Assembly (NCBI GenBank): GCA_964016885.1
Contig: OZ024742.1
Span: forward strand, 344,038,001-344,102,000
Origin: Eledone cirrhosa
Taxonomy: Eukaryota
Length of the DNA: 64,000 bases
Reading direction: 5' to 3'
The position numbers and the translations under genes were made by a program. This document shows positions 6,770 to 22,300 of this stretch, piece after piece (positions within the stretch are counted from its first letter, which is position 1; each line of letters opens with the position of its first letter). Under the pieces are notes generated by a model. That model searched no databases, was not told the DNA's origin, and saw only the letters and a program-made list of their open reading frames with translations.

Positions 6770-9700
6770 TTAAGGACATATGAACTGTTGGTAGTGTATC
6801 CTACAATATATACCCACCTCACAGTTTTAAGGACATATGAACTGTTGGTAGTGTATCCTACAATATATACTCAGCTCACAGTTTTAAGGACATATGAACT
6901 GTTGGTAGTGTATCCTACAATATATACCCAGCTCACGGTTTTAAGGACATATGAACTGTTGGTAGTGTATCCTACAATATATACCCAGCTCACAGTTTTA
7001 AGGACATATGAACTGTTGGTAGTGTATCCTACAATATATACCCACCTCACAGTTTTAAGGACATATGAACTGTTGGTAGTGTATCCTACAATATATACCC
7101 AGCTCACGGTTTTAAGGACATATGAACTGTTGGTAGTGTATCCTACAATATATACCCAGCTCACGGTTTTAAGGACATATGAACTGTTGGTAGTGTATCC
7201 TACAATATATACCCAGCTCACAGTTTTAAGGACATATGAACTGTTGGTAGTGTATCCTACAATATATACCCAGCTCACAGTTTTAAGGACATATGAACTG
7301 TTGGTAGTGTATCCTACAATATATACCCAGCTCACAGTTTTAAGGACATATGAACTGTTGGTAGTGTATCCTACAATATATACCCAGCTCATAGTTTTAA
7401 GGACATATGAACTGTTGGTAGTGTATCCTACAATATATACCCAGCTAACAGTTTTAAGGACATATGAACTGTTGGTAGTGTATCCTACAATATATACCCA
7501 GCTCACAGTTTTAAGGACATATGAACTGTTGGTAGTGTATCCTACAATATATACCCAGCTCACAGTTTTAAGGACATATGAACTGTTGGTAGTGTATCCT
7601 ACAATATATAGCCAGCTCACAGTTTTAAGGACATATGAACTGTTGGTAGTATATCCTACAATATATACGCAGCTAACAGTTTTAAGGACATCTGAACTGT
7701 TGGTAGTGTATCCTACAATATATACCCAGCTCACAGTATTAAGGACATATGAACTGTTGGTAGTGTACCCTACAATATATACTCAGCTCACAGTTTTAAG
7801 GACATATGAACTGTTGGTAGTGTATCCTACAATATATACCCAGCTCAAAGTTTTAAGGACATATGAACTGTTGGTAGTGTATCCTACAATATATACTCAG
7901 CTCACAGTTTTAAGGACATATGAACTGTTGGTAGTGTATCCTACAATATATACCCAGCTCACAGTATTAAGGACATATGAACTGTTGGTAGTGTATCCTA
8001 CAATATATACCCAGCTCACAGTTTTAAGGACATATGAACTGTTGGTAGTGTATCCTACAATATATACCCAGCTCACAGTATTAAGGACATCTGAACTGTT
8101 GGTAGTGTATCCTACAATATATACCCAGCTCACAGTATTAAGGACATATGAACTGTTGGTAGTGTATCCTACAATATATACTCAGCTCACAGTTTTAAGG
8201 ACATATGAACTGTTGGTAGTGTATCCTACAATATATACCCAGCTCACAGTATTAAGGACATATGAACTGTTGGTAGTGTATCCTACAATATATACCCAGC
8301 TCACAGTATTAAGGACATATGAACTGTTGGTAGTGTATCCTACAATATATACCCAGCTCACAGATTTATGGATATATGAACTGTTGGTTGTGTATCCTAC
8401 AATATATACCCAGCTCACAGTATTAAGGGCATATAAACTGTTGGTAGTGTATCCTACAATATATACCCAGCTCACAGTATTAAGGGCATATAAACTGTTG
8501 GTAGTGTATCCTACAATATATACCCAGCTCACAGTATTAAGGACATCTGAACTGTTGGTAGTGTATCCTACAATATATACCCAGCTCACAGTATTAAGGA
8601 CATATGAACTGTTGATAGTGTATCCTACAATATATACCCAGCTCGCAGTTTTAAGGACATATGAACTGTTGGTAGTGTATCCTACAATATATACTCAGCT
8701 CACAGTTTTAAGGACATATGAACTGTTGGTAGTGTATCCTACAATATATACCCAGCTCACAGTTTTAAGGACATATGAACTGTTGGTAGTGTATCCTACA
8801 ATATATACTCAGCTCACAGTTTTAAGGACATATGAACTGTTGGTAGTGTATCCTACAATATATACCCAGCTCACAGTTTTAAGGACATATGAACTGTTGG
8901 TAGTGTATCCTACAATATATACTCAGCTCACAGTTTTAAGGACATATGAATTGTTGGTAGTGTATCCTACAATATATACCCAGCTCACAGTTTTAAGGAC
9001 ATATGAACTGTTGGTAGTGTATCCTACAATATATACCCAGCTCACAGTTTTAAGGACATATGAACTGTTGGTAGTGTATCCTACAATATATACCCAGCTC
9101 ACAGTTTTAAGGACATCTGAACTGTTGGTAGTGTATCCTACAATATATACCCAGCTCACAGTTTTAAGGACATATGAACTGTTGGTAGTGTATCCTACAA
9201 TATATACCCAGCTCACAGTTTTAAGGACATATGAACTGTTGGTAGTGTATCCTACAATATATACCCAGCTCACAGTTTTAAGGACATACGAACTGTTGGT
9301 AGTGTATCCTACAATATATACCCAGCTCACAGTATTAAGGACATATGAACTGTTGGTAGTGTATCCTACAATATATACCCAGCTCACAGTTTTAAGGACA
9401 TATGAACTGTTGGTAGTGTATCCTACAATATATACCCAGCTCACAGTATTAAGGACATATGAACTGTTGGTAGTGTATCTACAATATATACCCAGCTCAC
9501 AGTTTTAAGGACATATGAACTGTTGGTAGTGTATCCTACAATATATACCCAGCTCACAGTTTTAAGGACATATGAACTGTTGGTAGTGTATCCTACAATA
9601 TATACCCAGCTCACAGTATTAAGGACATATATACTGTTGGTAGTGTATCCTACAATATATACCCAGCTCATAGTTTTAAGGACATATGAACTGTTGGTAG

Positions 9701-12700
9701 TGTATCCTACAATATATACCCAGCTCACAGTATTAAGGACATATATACTGTTGGTAGTGTATCCTACAATATATACCCAGCTCACAGTATTAAGGACATA
9801 TGAACTGTTGGTAGTGTATCCTACAATATATACCCAGCTCACAGTTTTAAGGACATATGAACTGTTGGTAGTGTATCCTACAATATATACCCAGCTCACA
9901 GTATTAAGGACATATGAACTTTTGGTAGTGTATCCTACAATATATACCCAGCTCACAGTTTTAAGGACATATGAACTGTTGGTAGTGTATCCTACAATAT
10001 ATACCCAACTCACAGTCTTAAGGACATATGAACAGTTGGTAGTGTATCCTACAATATATACCCAACTCACAGTTTTAAGGACATATGAACTGTTGGTAGT
10101 GTATCCTACAATATATACCCAACTCACAGTCTTAAGGACATATGAACTGTTGGTAGTGTATCCTACAATATATACCCAGCTCCCAGTTTTAAGGACATAT
10201 GAACTGTTGGTAGTGTATCCTACAATATATACCCAACTCACAGTTTTAATGACATCTGAACTGTTGGTAGTGTATCTTACAACATATACCCAGCTCACAG
10301 TATTAAGGACATATGATCTGTTGGTAGTGTATCCTACAATATATACCCAGCTCACAGTTTTAAGGACATATGAACTGTTGGTAGTGTATACTACAATATA
10401 TACCCAGATCACAGTTTTAATGACATCTGAACTGTTGGTAGTGTATCCTACAATATATACCCAGCTCACAGTTTTAAGGACATATGAACTGTTGGTAGTG
10501 TATCTTACAACATATACCCAGCTCACAGTATTAAGGACATATGATCTGTTGGTAGTGTATCCTACAATATATACCCAGCTCACAGTTTTAAGGACATATG
10601 AACTGTTGGTAGTGTATACTACAATATATACCCAGCTCACAGTATTAAGGACATATGAACTGTTGGTAGTGTATACTACAATATATACCCAGCTCACAGT
10701 TTTAAGGACATATGAACTGTTGGTAGTGTATCCTACAATATATACCCAACTCACAGTTTTAAGGACATATGAACTGTTGGTAGTGTATCTTACAATATAT
10801 ACCCAGCTCACAGTATTAAGGACATATGATCTGTTGGTAGTGTATCCTACAATATATACCCAGCTCACAGTATTAAGGACATATGAACTGTTGGTAGTTT
10901 ATCCTACAATATATACCCAGCTCACAGTTTTAAGGACATATGAACTGTTGGTAGTGTATCCTACAATATATACCCAGCTCACAGTATTAAGGACATATGA
11001 ACTGTTGGTAGTGTATCCTACAATATATACCCAGCTCACAGTTTTAAGGACATATGAACTGTTGGTAGTGTATCCTACAATATATACCCAGCTCACAGTA
11101 TTAAGGACATATGAACTGTTGGTAGTGTATCCTACAATATATACCCAGCTCACAGTTTTAAAGACATATGAACTGTTGGTAGTGTATCCTACAATATATA
11201 CTCAGCTCACAGTATTAAGGACATATATACTGTTGGTAGTGTATCCTACAATATATATCCAGCTCACAGTTTTAAGGACATATGAACTGTTGGTAGTGTA
11301 TCCTACAATATATACCCAGCTCACAGTATTAAGGACATATGAACTGTTGGTAGTGTATCCTACAATATATACCCAGCTCACAGTTTTAAGGACATATGAA
11401 CTGTTGGTAGTGTATCCTACAATATATACCCAACTCACAGTTTTAAGGACATATGAACTGTTGGTAGTGTATCCTACAATATATACCCAGCTCACAGTAT
11501 TAAGGACATATGAACTGTTGGTAGTGTATCCTACAATATATACCCACCTCACAGTTTTAAGGACATATGAACTGTTGGTAGTGTATCCTACAATATATAC
11601 TCAGCTCACAGTTTTAAGGACATATGAACTGTTGGTAGTGTATCCTACAATATATACCCAGCTCACGGTTTTAAGGACATATGAACTGTTGGTAGTGTAT
11701 CCTACAATATATACCCAGCTCACAGTTTTAAGGACATATGAACTGTTGGTAGTGTATCCTACAATATATACCCACCTCACAGTTTTAAGGACATATGAAC
11801 TGTTGGTAGTGTATCCTACAATATATACCCAGCTCACGGTTTTAAGGACATATGAACTGTTGGTAGTGTATCCTACAATATATACCCAGCTCACGGTTTT
11901 AAGGACATATGAACTGTTGGTAGTGTATCCTACAATATATACCCAGCTCACAGTTTTAAGGACATATGAACTGTTGGTAGTGTATCCTACAATATATACC
12001 CAGCTCACAGTTTTAAGGACATATGAACTGTTGGTAGTGTATCCTACAATATATACCCAGCTCACAGTTTTAAGGACATATGAACTGTTGGTAGTGTATC
12101 CTACAATATATACCCAGCTCATAGTTTTAAGGACATATGAACTGTTGGTAGTGTATCCTACAATATATACCCAGCTAACAGTTTTAAGGACATATGAACT
12201 GTTGGTAGTGTATCCTACAATATATACCCAGCTCACAGTTTTAAGGACATATGAACTGTTGGTAGTGTATCCTACAATATATACCCAGCTCACAGTTTTA
12301 AGGACATATGAACTGTTGGTAGTGTATCCTACAATATATAGCCAGCTCACAGTTTTAAGGACATATGAACTGTTGGTAGTATATCCTACAATATATACGC
12401 AGCTAACAGTTTTAAGGACATCTGAACTGTTGGTAGTGTATCCTACAATATATACCCAGCTCACAGTATTAAGGACATATGAACTGTTGGTAGTGTACCC
12501 TACAATATATACTCAGCTCACAGTTTTAAGGACATATGAACTGTTGGTAGTGTATCCTACAATATATACCCAGCTCAAAGTTTTAAGGACATATGAACTG
12601 TTGGTAGTGTATCCTACAATATATACTCAGCTCACAGTTTTAAGGACATATGAACTGTTGGTAGTGTATCCTACAATATATACCCAGCTCACAGTATTAA

Positions 12701-15700
12701 GGACATATGAACTGTTGGTAGTGTATCCTACAATATATACCCAGCTCACAGTTTTAAGGACATATGAACTGTTGGTAGTGTATCCTACAATATATACCCA
12801 GCTCACAGTATTAAGGACATCTGAACTGTTGGTAGTGTATCCTACAATATATACCCAGCTCACAGTATTAAGGACATATGAACTGTTGGTAGTGTATCCT
12901 ACAATATATACTCAGCTCACAGTTTTAAGGACATATGAACTGTTGGTAGTGTATCCTACAATATATACCCAGCTCACAGTATTAAGGACATATGAACTGT
13001 TGGTAGTGTATCCTACAATATATACCCAGCTCACAGATTTATGGATATATGAACTGTTGGTTGTGTATCCTACAATATATACCCAGCTCACAGTATTAAG
13101 GGCATATAAACTGTTGGTAGTGTATCCTACAATATATACCCAGCTCACAGTATTAAGGGCATATAAACTGTTGGTAGTGTATCCTACAATATATACCCAG
13201 CTCACAGTATTAAGGACATCTGAACTGTTGGTAGTGTATCCTACAATATATACCCAGCTCACAGTATTAAGGACATATGAACTGTTGATAGTGTATCCTA
13301 CAATATATACTCAGCTCACAGTTTTAAGGACATATGAACTGTTGGTAGTGTATCCTACAATATATACCCAGCTCGCAGTTTTAAGGACATATGAACTGTT
13401 GGTAGTGTATCCTACAATATATACTCAGCTCACAGTTTTAAGGACATATGAACTGTTGGTAGTGTATCCTACAATATATACCCAGCTCACAGTTTTAAGG
13501 ACATATGAACTGTTGGTAGTGTATCCTACAATATATACTCAGCTCACAGTTTTAAGGACATATGAACTGTTGGTAGTGTATCCTACAATATATACCCAGC
13601 TCACAGTTTTAAGGACATATGAACTGTTGGTAGTGTATCCTACAATATATACTCAGCTCACAGTTTTAAGGACATATGAATTGTTGGTAGTGTATCCTAC
13701 AATATATACCCAGCTCACAGTTTTAAGGACATATGAACTGTTGGTAGTGTATCCTACAATATATACCCAGCTCACAGTTTTAAGGACATATGAACTGTTG
13801 GTAGTGTATCCTACAATATATACCCAGCTCACAGTTTTAAGGACATCTGAACTGTTGGTAGTGTATCCTACAATATATACCCAGCTCACAGTTTTAAGGA
13901 CATATGAACTGTTGGTAGTGTATCCTACAATATATACCCAGCTCACAGTTTTAAGGACATATCAACTGTTGGTAGTGTATCCTACAATATATACCCAGCT
14001 CACAGTTTTAAGGACATACGAACTGTTGGTAGTGTATCCTACAATATATACCCAGCTCACAGTATTAAGGACATATGAACTGTTGGTAGTGTATCCTACA
14101 ATATATACCCAGCTCACAGTTTTAAGGACATATGAACTGTTGGTAGTGTATCCTACAATATATACCCAGCTCACAGTATTAAGGACATATGAACTGTTGG
14201 TAGTGTATCTACAATATATACCCAGCTCACAGTTTTAAGGACATATGAACTGTTGGTAGTGTATCCTACAATATATACCCAGCTCACAGTTTTAAGGACA
14301 TATGAACTGTTGGTAGTGTATCCTACAATATATACCCAGCTCACAGTATTAAGGACATATATACTGTTGGTAGTGTATCCTACAATATATACCCAGCTCA
14401 TAGTTTTAAGGACATATGAACTGTTGGTAGTGTATCCTACAATATATACCCAGCTCACAGTATTAAGGACATATATACTGTTGGTAGTGTATCCTACAAT
14501 ATATACCCAGCTCACAGTATTAAGGACATATGAACTGTTGGTAGTGTATCCTACAATATATACCCAGCTCACAGTTTTAAGGACATATGAACTGTTGGTA
14601 GTGTATCCTACAATATATACCCAGCTCACAGTATTAAGGACATATGAACTGTTGGTAGTGTATCCTACAATATATACCCAGCTCACAGTTTTAAGGACAT
14701 ATGAACTGTTGGTAGTGTATCCTACAATATATACCCAACTCACAGTCTTAAGGACATATGAACTGTTGGTAGTGTATCCTACAATATATACCCAACTCAC
14801 AGTTTTAAGGACATATGAACTGTTGGTAGTGTATCCTACAATATATACCCAACTCACAGTCTTAAGGACATATGAACTGTTGGTAGTGTATCCTACAATA
14901 TATACCCAGCTCCCAGTTTTAAGGACATATGAACTGTTGGTAGTGTATCCTACAATATATACCCAACTCACAGTTTTAATGACATCTGAACTGTTGGTAG
15001 TGTATCTTACAACATATACCCAGCTCACAGTATTAAGGACATATGATCTGTTGGTAGTGTATCCTACAATATATACCCAGCTCACAGTTTTAAGGACATA
15101 TGAACTGTTGGTAGTGTATACTACAATATATACCCAGATCACAGTTTTAATGACATCTGAACTGTTGGTAGTGTATCCTACAATATATACCCAGCTCACA
15201 GTTTTAAGGACATATGAACTGTTGGTAGTGTATCTTACAACATATACCCAGCTCACAGTATTAAGGACATATGATCTGTTGGTAGTGTATCCTACAATAT
15301 ATACCCAGCTCACAGTTTTAAGGACATATGAACTGTTGGTAGTGTATACTACAATATATACCCAGCTCACAGTATTAAGGACATATGAACTGTTGGTAGT
15401 GTATACTACAATATATACCCAGCTCACAGTTTTAAGGACATATGAACTGTTGGTAGTGTATCCTACAATATATACCCAACTCACAGTTTTAAGGACATAT
15501 GAACTGTTGGTAGTGTATCTTACAATATATACCCAGCTCACAGTATTAAGGACATATGATCTGTTGGTAGTGTATCCTACAATATATACCCAGCTCACAG
15601 TATTAAGGACATATGAACTGTTGGTAGTTTATCCTACAATATATACCCAGCTCACAGTTTTAAGGACATATGAACTGTTGGTAGTGTATCCTACAATATA

Positions 15701-16330
15701 TACCCAGCTCACAGTATTAAGGACATATGAACTGTTGGTAGTGTATCCTACAATATATACCCAGCTCACAGTTTTAAGGACATATGAACTGTTGGTAGTG
15801 TATCCTACAATATATACCCAGCTCACAGTATTAAGGACATATGAACTGTTGGTAGTGTATCCTACAATATATACCCAGCTCACAGTTTTAAAGACATATG
15901 AACTGTTGGTAGTGTATCCTACAATATATACTCAGCTCACAGTATTAAGGACATATATACTGTTGGTAGTGTATCCTACAATATATATCCAGCTCACAGT
16001 TTTAAGGACATATGAACTGTTGGTAGTGTATCCTACAATATATACCCAGCTCACAGTATTAAGGACATATGAACTGTTGGTAGTGTATCCTACAATATAT
16101 ACCCAGCTCACAGTTTTAAGGACATATGAACTGTTGGTAGTGTATCCTACAATATATACCCAACTCACAGTTTTAAGGACATATGAACTGTTGGTAGTGT
16201 ATCCTACAATATATACCCAGCTCACAGTATTAAGGACATATGAACTGTTGGTAGTGTATCCTACAATATATACCCACCTCACAGTTTTAAGGACATATGA
16301 ACTGTTGGTAGTGTATCCTACAATATATAC
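6770..16330 (+). repeat. tandem duplication within satellite, period 4730 bp (83 monomers minus 1 bp)
   Basis: Rare variants and ORF breaks recur at +4730: 1-bp deletion 9479/14209; ORF ends 6871/11601, 9441/14171, 10899/15629, 11202/15932. Confidence 0.93.
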
Positions 16331-19300
16331 CCAGCTCACAGTTTTAAGGACATATGAACTGTTGGTAGTGTATCCTACAATATATACCCAACTCACAGTT
16401 TTAAGGACATATGAACTGTTGGTAGTGTATCCTACAATATATACCCAGCTCACAGTATTAAGGACATATGAACTGTTGGTAGTGTATCCTACAATATATA
16501 CTCAGCTCACAGTTTTAAGGACATATGAACTGTTGGTAGTGTATCCTACAATATATACCCAGCTCACAGTTTTAAGGACATATGAACTGTTGGTAGTGTA
16601 TCCTACAATATATACCCAACTCACAGTTTTAAGGACATATGAACTGTTGGTAGTGTATCCTACAATATATACCCAGCTCACAGTATTAAGGACATATGAA
16701 CTGTTGGTAGTGTATCCTACAATATATACTCAGCTCACAGTTTTAAGGACATATGAACTGTTGGTAGTGTATCCTACAATATATACCCAGCTCACAGTTT
16801 TAAGGACATATGAACTGTTGGTAGTGTATCCTACAATATATACCCAGCTCACAGTTTTAAGGACATATGAACTGTTGGTAGTGTATCCTACAATATATAC
16901 CCAGCTCACAGTATTAAGGACATATGAACTGTTGGTAGTGTATCCTACAATATATACCCAGCTCACAGTTTTAAGGACATATGAACTGTTGGTAGTGTAT
17001 CCTACAATATATACCCAACTCACAGTCTTAAGGACATATGAACTGTTGGTAGTGTATCCTACAATATATACCCAGCTCACAGTTTTAAGGACATATGAAC
17101 TGTTGGTAGTGTATCCTACAATATATACCCAACTCACAGTCTTAAGGACATATGAACTGTTGGTAGTGTATCCTACAATATATACCCAGCTCCCAGTTTT
17201 AAGGACATATGAACTGTTGGTAGTGTATCCTACAATATATACCCAACTCACAGTTTTAATGACATCTGAACTGTTGGTAGTGTATCTTACAACATATACC
17301 CAGCTCACAGTATTAAGGACATATGATCTGTTGGTAGTGTATCCTACAATATATACCCAGCTCACAGTTTTAAGGACATATGAACTGTTGGTAGTGTATA
17401 CTACAATATATACCCAGCTCACAGTATTAAGGACATATGAACTGTTGGTAGTGTATACTACAATATATACCCAGATCACAGTTTTAATGACATCTGAACT
17501 GTTGGTAGTGTATACTACAATATATACCCAGCTCACAGTTTTAAGGACATATGAACTGTTGGTAGTGTATCTTACAACATATACCCAGCTCACAGTATTA
17601 AGGACATATGATCTGTTGGTAGTGTATCCTACAATATATACCCAGCTCACAGTTTTAAGGACATATGAACTGTTGGTAGTGTATACTACAATATATACCC
17701 AGCTCACAGTATTAAGGACATATGAACTGTTGGTAGTGTATCCTACAATATATACCCACCTCACAGTATTAAGGACATATGAACTGTTGGTAGTGTATCC
17801 TACAATATATACCCACCTCACAGTATTAAGGACATATGATCTGTTGGTAGTGTATCCTACAATATATACCCAACTCACAGTTTTAAGGACATATGAACTG
17901 TTGGTAGTGTATCTTACAATATATACCCAGCTCACAGTATTAAGGACATATGATCTGTTGGTAGTGTATCCTACAATATATACCCAGCTCACAGTTTTAT
18001 GGACATATGAACTGTTGGTAGTGTATCCTACAATATATACCCAGCTCACAGTTTTAAGGACATATGAACTGTTGGTAGTGTATCCTACAATATATACCCA
18101 GCTCACAGTATTAAGGACATATGAACTGTTGGTAGTGTATCCTACAATATATACCCAGCTCACAGTTTTAAGGACATATGAACTGTTGGTAGTGTATCCT
18201 ACAATATATACCCAGCTCACAGTATTAAGGACATATGAACTGTTGGTAGTGTATCCTACAATATATACCCAGCTCACAGTTTTAAAGACATATGAACTGT
18301 TGGTAGTGTATCCTACAATATATACTCAGCTCACAGTATTAAGGACATATATACTGTTGGTAGTGTATCCTACAATATATATCCAGCTCACAGTTTTAAG
18401 GACATATGAACTGTTGGTAGTGTATCCTACAATATATACCCAGCTCACAGTATTAAGGACATATGAACTGTTGGTAGTGTATCCTACAATATATACCCAG
18501 CTCACAGTTTTAAGGACATATGAACTGTTGGTAGTGTATCCTACAATATATACCCAACTCACAGTTTTAAGGACATATGAACTGTTGGTAGTGTATCCTA
18601 CAATATATACCCAGCTCACAGTATTAAGGACATATGAACTGTTGGTAGTGTATCCTACAATATATACCCACCTCACAGTTTTAAGGACATATGAACTGTT
18701 GGTAGTGTATCCTACAATATATACCCAGCTCACAGTTTTAAGGACATATGAACTGTTGGTAGTGTATCCTACAATATATACCCAACTCACAGTTTTAAGG
18801 ACATATGAACTGTTGGTAGTGTATCCTACAATATATACCCAGCTCACAGTATTAAGGACATATGAACTGTTGGTAGTGTATCCTACAATATATACTCAGC
18901 TCACAGTTTTAAGGACATATGAACTGTTGGTAGTGTATCCTACAATATATACCCAGCTCACAGTTTTAAGGACATATGAACTGTTGGTAGTGTATCCTAC
19001 AATATATACCCAACTCACAGTTTTAAGGACATATGAACTGTTGGTAGTGTATCCTACAATATATACCCAGCTCACAGTATTAAGGACATATGAACTGTTG
19101 GTAGTGTATCCTACAATATATACTCAGCTCACAGTTTTAAGGACATATGAACTGTTGGTAGTGTATCCTACAATATAAACCCAGCTCACAGTTTTAAGGA
19201 CATATGAACTGTTGGTAGTGTATCCTACAATATATACCCAGCTCACAGTTTTAAGGACATATGAACTGTTGGTAGTGTATCCTACAATATATACCCAGCT

Positions 19301-22300
19301 CACAGTTTTAAGGACATATGAACTGTTGGTAGTGTATCCTACAATATATACCCAGCTCACAGTTTTAAGGACATATGAACTGTTGGTAGTGTATCCTACA
19401 ATATATACCCAGCTCACAGTTTTAAGGACATATGAACTGTTGGTAGTGTATCCTACAATATATACCCAGCTCACAGTATTAAGGACATATGAACTGTTGG
19501 TAGTGTATCCTACAATATATACCCAGCTCACAGTTTTAAAGACATATGAACTGTTGGTAGTGTATCCTACAATATATACTCAGCTCACAGTATTAAGGAC
19601 ATATATACTGTTGGTAGTGTATCCTACAATATATATCCAGCTCACAGTTTTAAGGACATATGAACTGTTGGTAGTGTATCCTACAATATATACCCAGCTC
19701 ACAGTATTAAGGACATATGAACTGTTGGTAGTGTATCCTACAATATATACCCAGCTCACAGTTTTAAGGACATATGAACTGTTGGTAGTGTATCCTACAA
19801 TATATACCCAACTCACAGTTTTAAGGACATATGAACTGTTGGTAGTGTATCCTACAATATATACCCAGCTCACAGTATTAAGGACATATGAACTGTTGGT
19901 AGTGTATCCTACAATATATACCCACCTCACAGTTTTAAGGACATATGAACTGTTGGTAGTGTATCCTACAATATATACCCAGCTCACAGTTTTAAGGACA
20001 TATGAACTGTTGGTAGTGTATCCTACAATATATACCCAACTCACAGTTTTAAGGACATATGAACTGTTGGTAGTGTATCCTACAATATATACCCAGCTCA
20101 CAGTATTAAGGACATATGAACTGTTGGTAGTGTATCCTACAATATATACTCAGCTCACAGTTTTAAGGACATATGAACTGTTGGTAGTGTATCCTACAAT
20201 ATATACCCAGCTCACAGTTTTAAGGACATATGAACTGTTGGTAGTGTATCCTACAATATATACCCAACTCACAGTTTTAAGGACATATGAACTGTTGGTA
20301 GTGTATCCTACAATATATACCCAGCTCACAGTATTAAGGACATATGAACTGTTGGTAGTGTATCCTACAATATATACTCAGCTCACAGTTTTAAGGACAT
20401 ATGAACTGTTGGTAGTGTATCCTACAATATAAACCCAGCTCACAGTTTTAAGGACATATGAACTGTTGGTAGTGTATCCTACAATATATACCCAGCTCAC
20501 AGTTTTAAGGACATATGAACTGTTGGTAGTGTATCCTACAATATATACCCAGCTCACAGTTTTAAGGACATATGAACTGTTGGTAGTGTATCCTACAATA
20601 TATACCCAGCTCACAGTTTTAAGGACATATGAACTGTTGGTAGTGTATCCTACAATATATACCCAGCTCACAGTATTAAGGACATATGAACTGTTGGTAG
20701 TGTATCCTACAATATATACCAAGCTCACAGTTTTAAGGACATATAAACTGTTGGTAGTGTATCCTACAATATATACCAAGCTCACAGTTTTAAGGACATA
20801 TGAACTGTTGGTAGTGTATCCTACAATATATACCCAGCTCACAGTTTTAAGGACATATGAACTGTTGGTAGTGTATCCTACAATATATACCAAGCTCACA
20901 GTTTTAAGGACATATAAACTGTTGGTAGTGTATCTTACAATATATACCAAGCTCACAGTTGTAAGGACATATAAACTGTTGGTAGTGTATCCTACAATAT
21001 ATACCCAACTCACAGTTTTAAGGACATATGAACTGTTGGTAGTGTATCCTACAATATATACCCAGCTCACAGTATTAAGGACATATGAACTGTTGGTAGT
21101 GTATCCTACAATATATACCCACCTCACAGTTTTAAGGACATATGAACTGTTGGTAGTGTATCCTACAATATATACCCAGCTCACAGTTTTAAGGACATAT
21201 GAACTGTTGGTAGTGTATCCTACAATATATACCCAACTCACAGTTTTAAGGACATATGAACTGTTGGTAGTGTATCCTACAATATATACCCAGCTCACAG
21301 TATTAAGGACATATGAACTGTTGGTAGTGTATCCTACAATATATACTCAGCTCACAGTTTTAAGGACATATGAACTGTTGGTAGTGTATCCTACAATATA
21401 TACCCAGCTCACAGTTTTAAGGACATATGAACTGTTGGTAGTGTATCCTACAATATATACCCAACTCACAGTTTTAAGGACATATGAACTGTTGGTAGTG
21501 TATCCTACAATATATACCCAGCTCACAGTATTAAGGACATATGAACTGTTGGTAGTGTATCCTACAATATATACTCAGCTCACAGTTTTAAGGACATATG
21601 AACTGTTGGTAGTGTATCCTACAATATAAACCCAGCTCACAGTTTTAAGGACATATGAACTGTTGGTAGTGTATCCTACAATATATACCCAGCTCACAGT
21701 TTTAAGGACATATGAACTGTTGGTAGTGTATCCTACAATATATACCCAGCTCACAGTTTTAAGGACATATGAACTGTTGGTAGTGTATCCTACAATATAT
21801 ACCCAGCTCACAGTTTTAAGGACATATGAACTGTTGGTAGTGTATCCTACAATATATACCCAGCTCACAGTATTAAGGACATATGAACTGTTGGTAGTGT
21901 ATCCTACAATATATACCAAGCTCACAGTTTTAAGGACATATAAACTGTTGGTAGTGTATCCTACAATATATACCAAGCTCACAGTTTTAAGGACATATGA
22001 ACTGTTGGTAGTGTATCCTACAATATATACCCAGCTCACAGTTTTAAGGACATATGAACTGTTGGTAGTGTATCCTACAATATATACCAAGCTCACAGTT
22101 TTAAGGACATATAAACTGTTGGTAGTGTATCTTACAATATATACCAAGCTCACAGTTGTAAGGACATATGAACTGTTGGTAGTGTATCCTACAATATATA
22201 CCAAGCTCACAGATTTAAGGACATATATACTGTTGGTAGTGTATCCTACAATATATACTCAGCTCACAGTTTTAAGGACATATGAACTGTTGGTAGTGTA

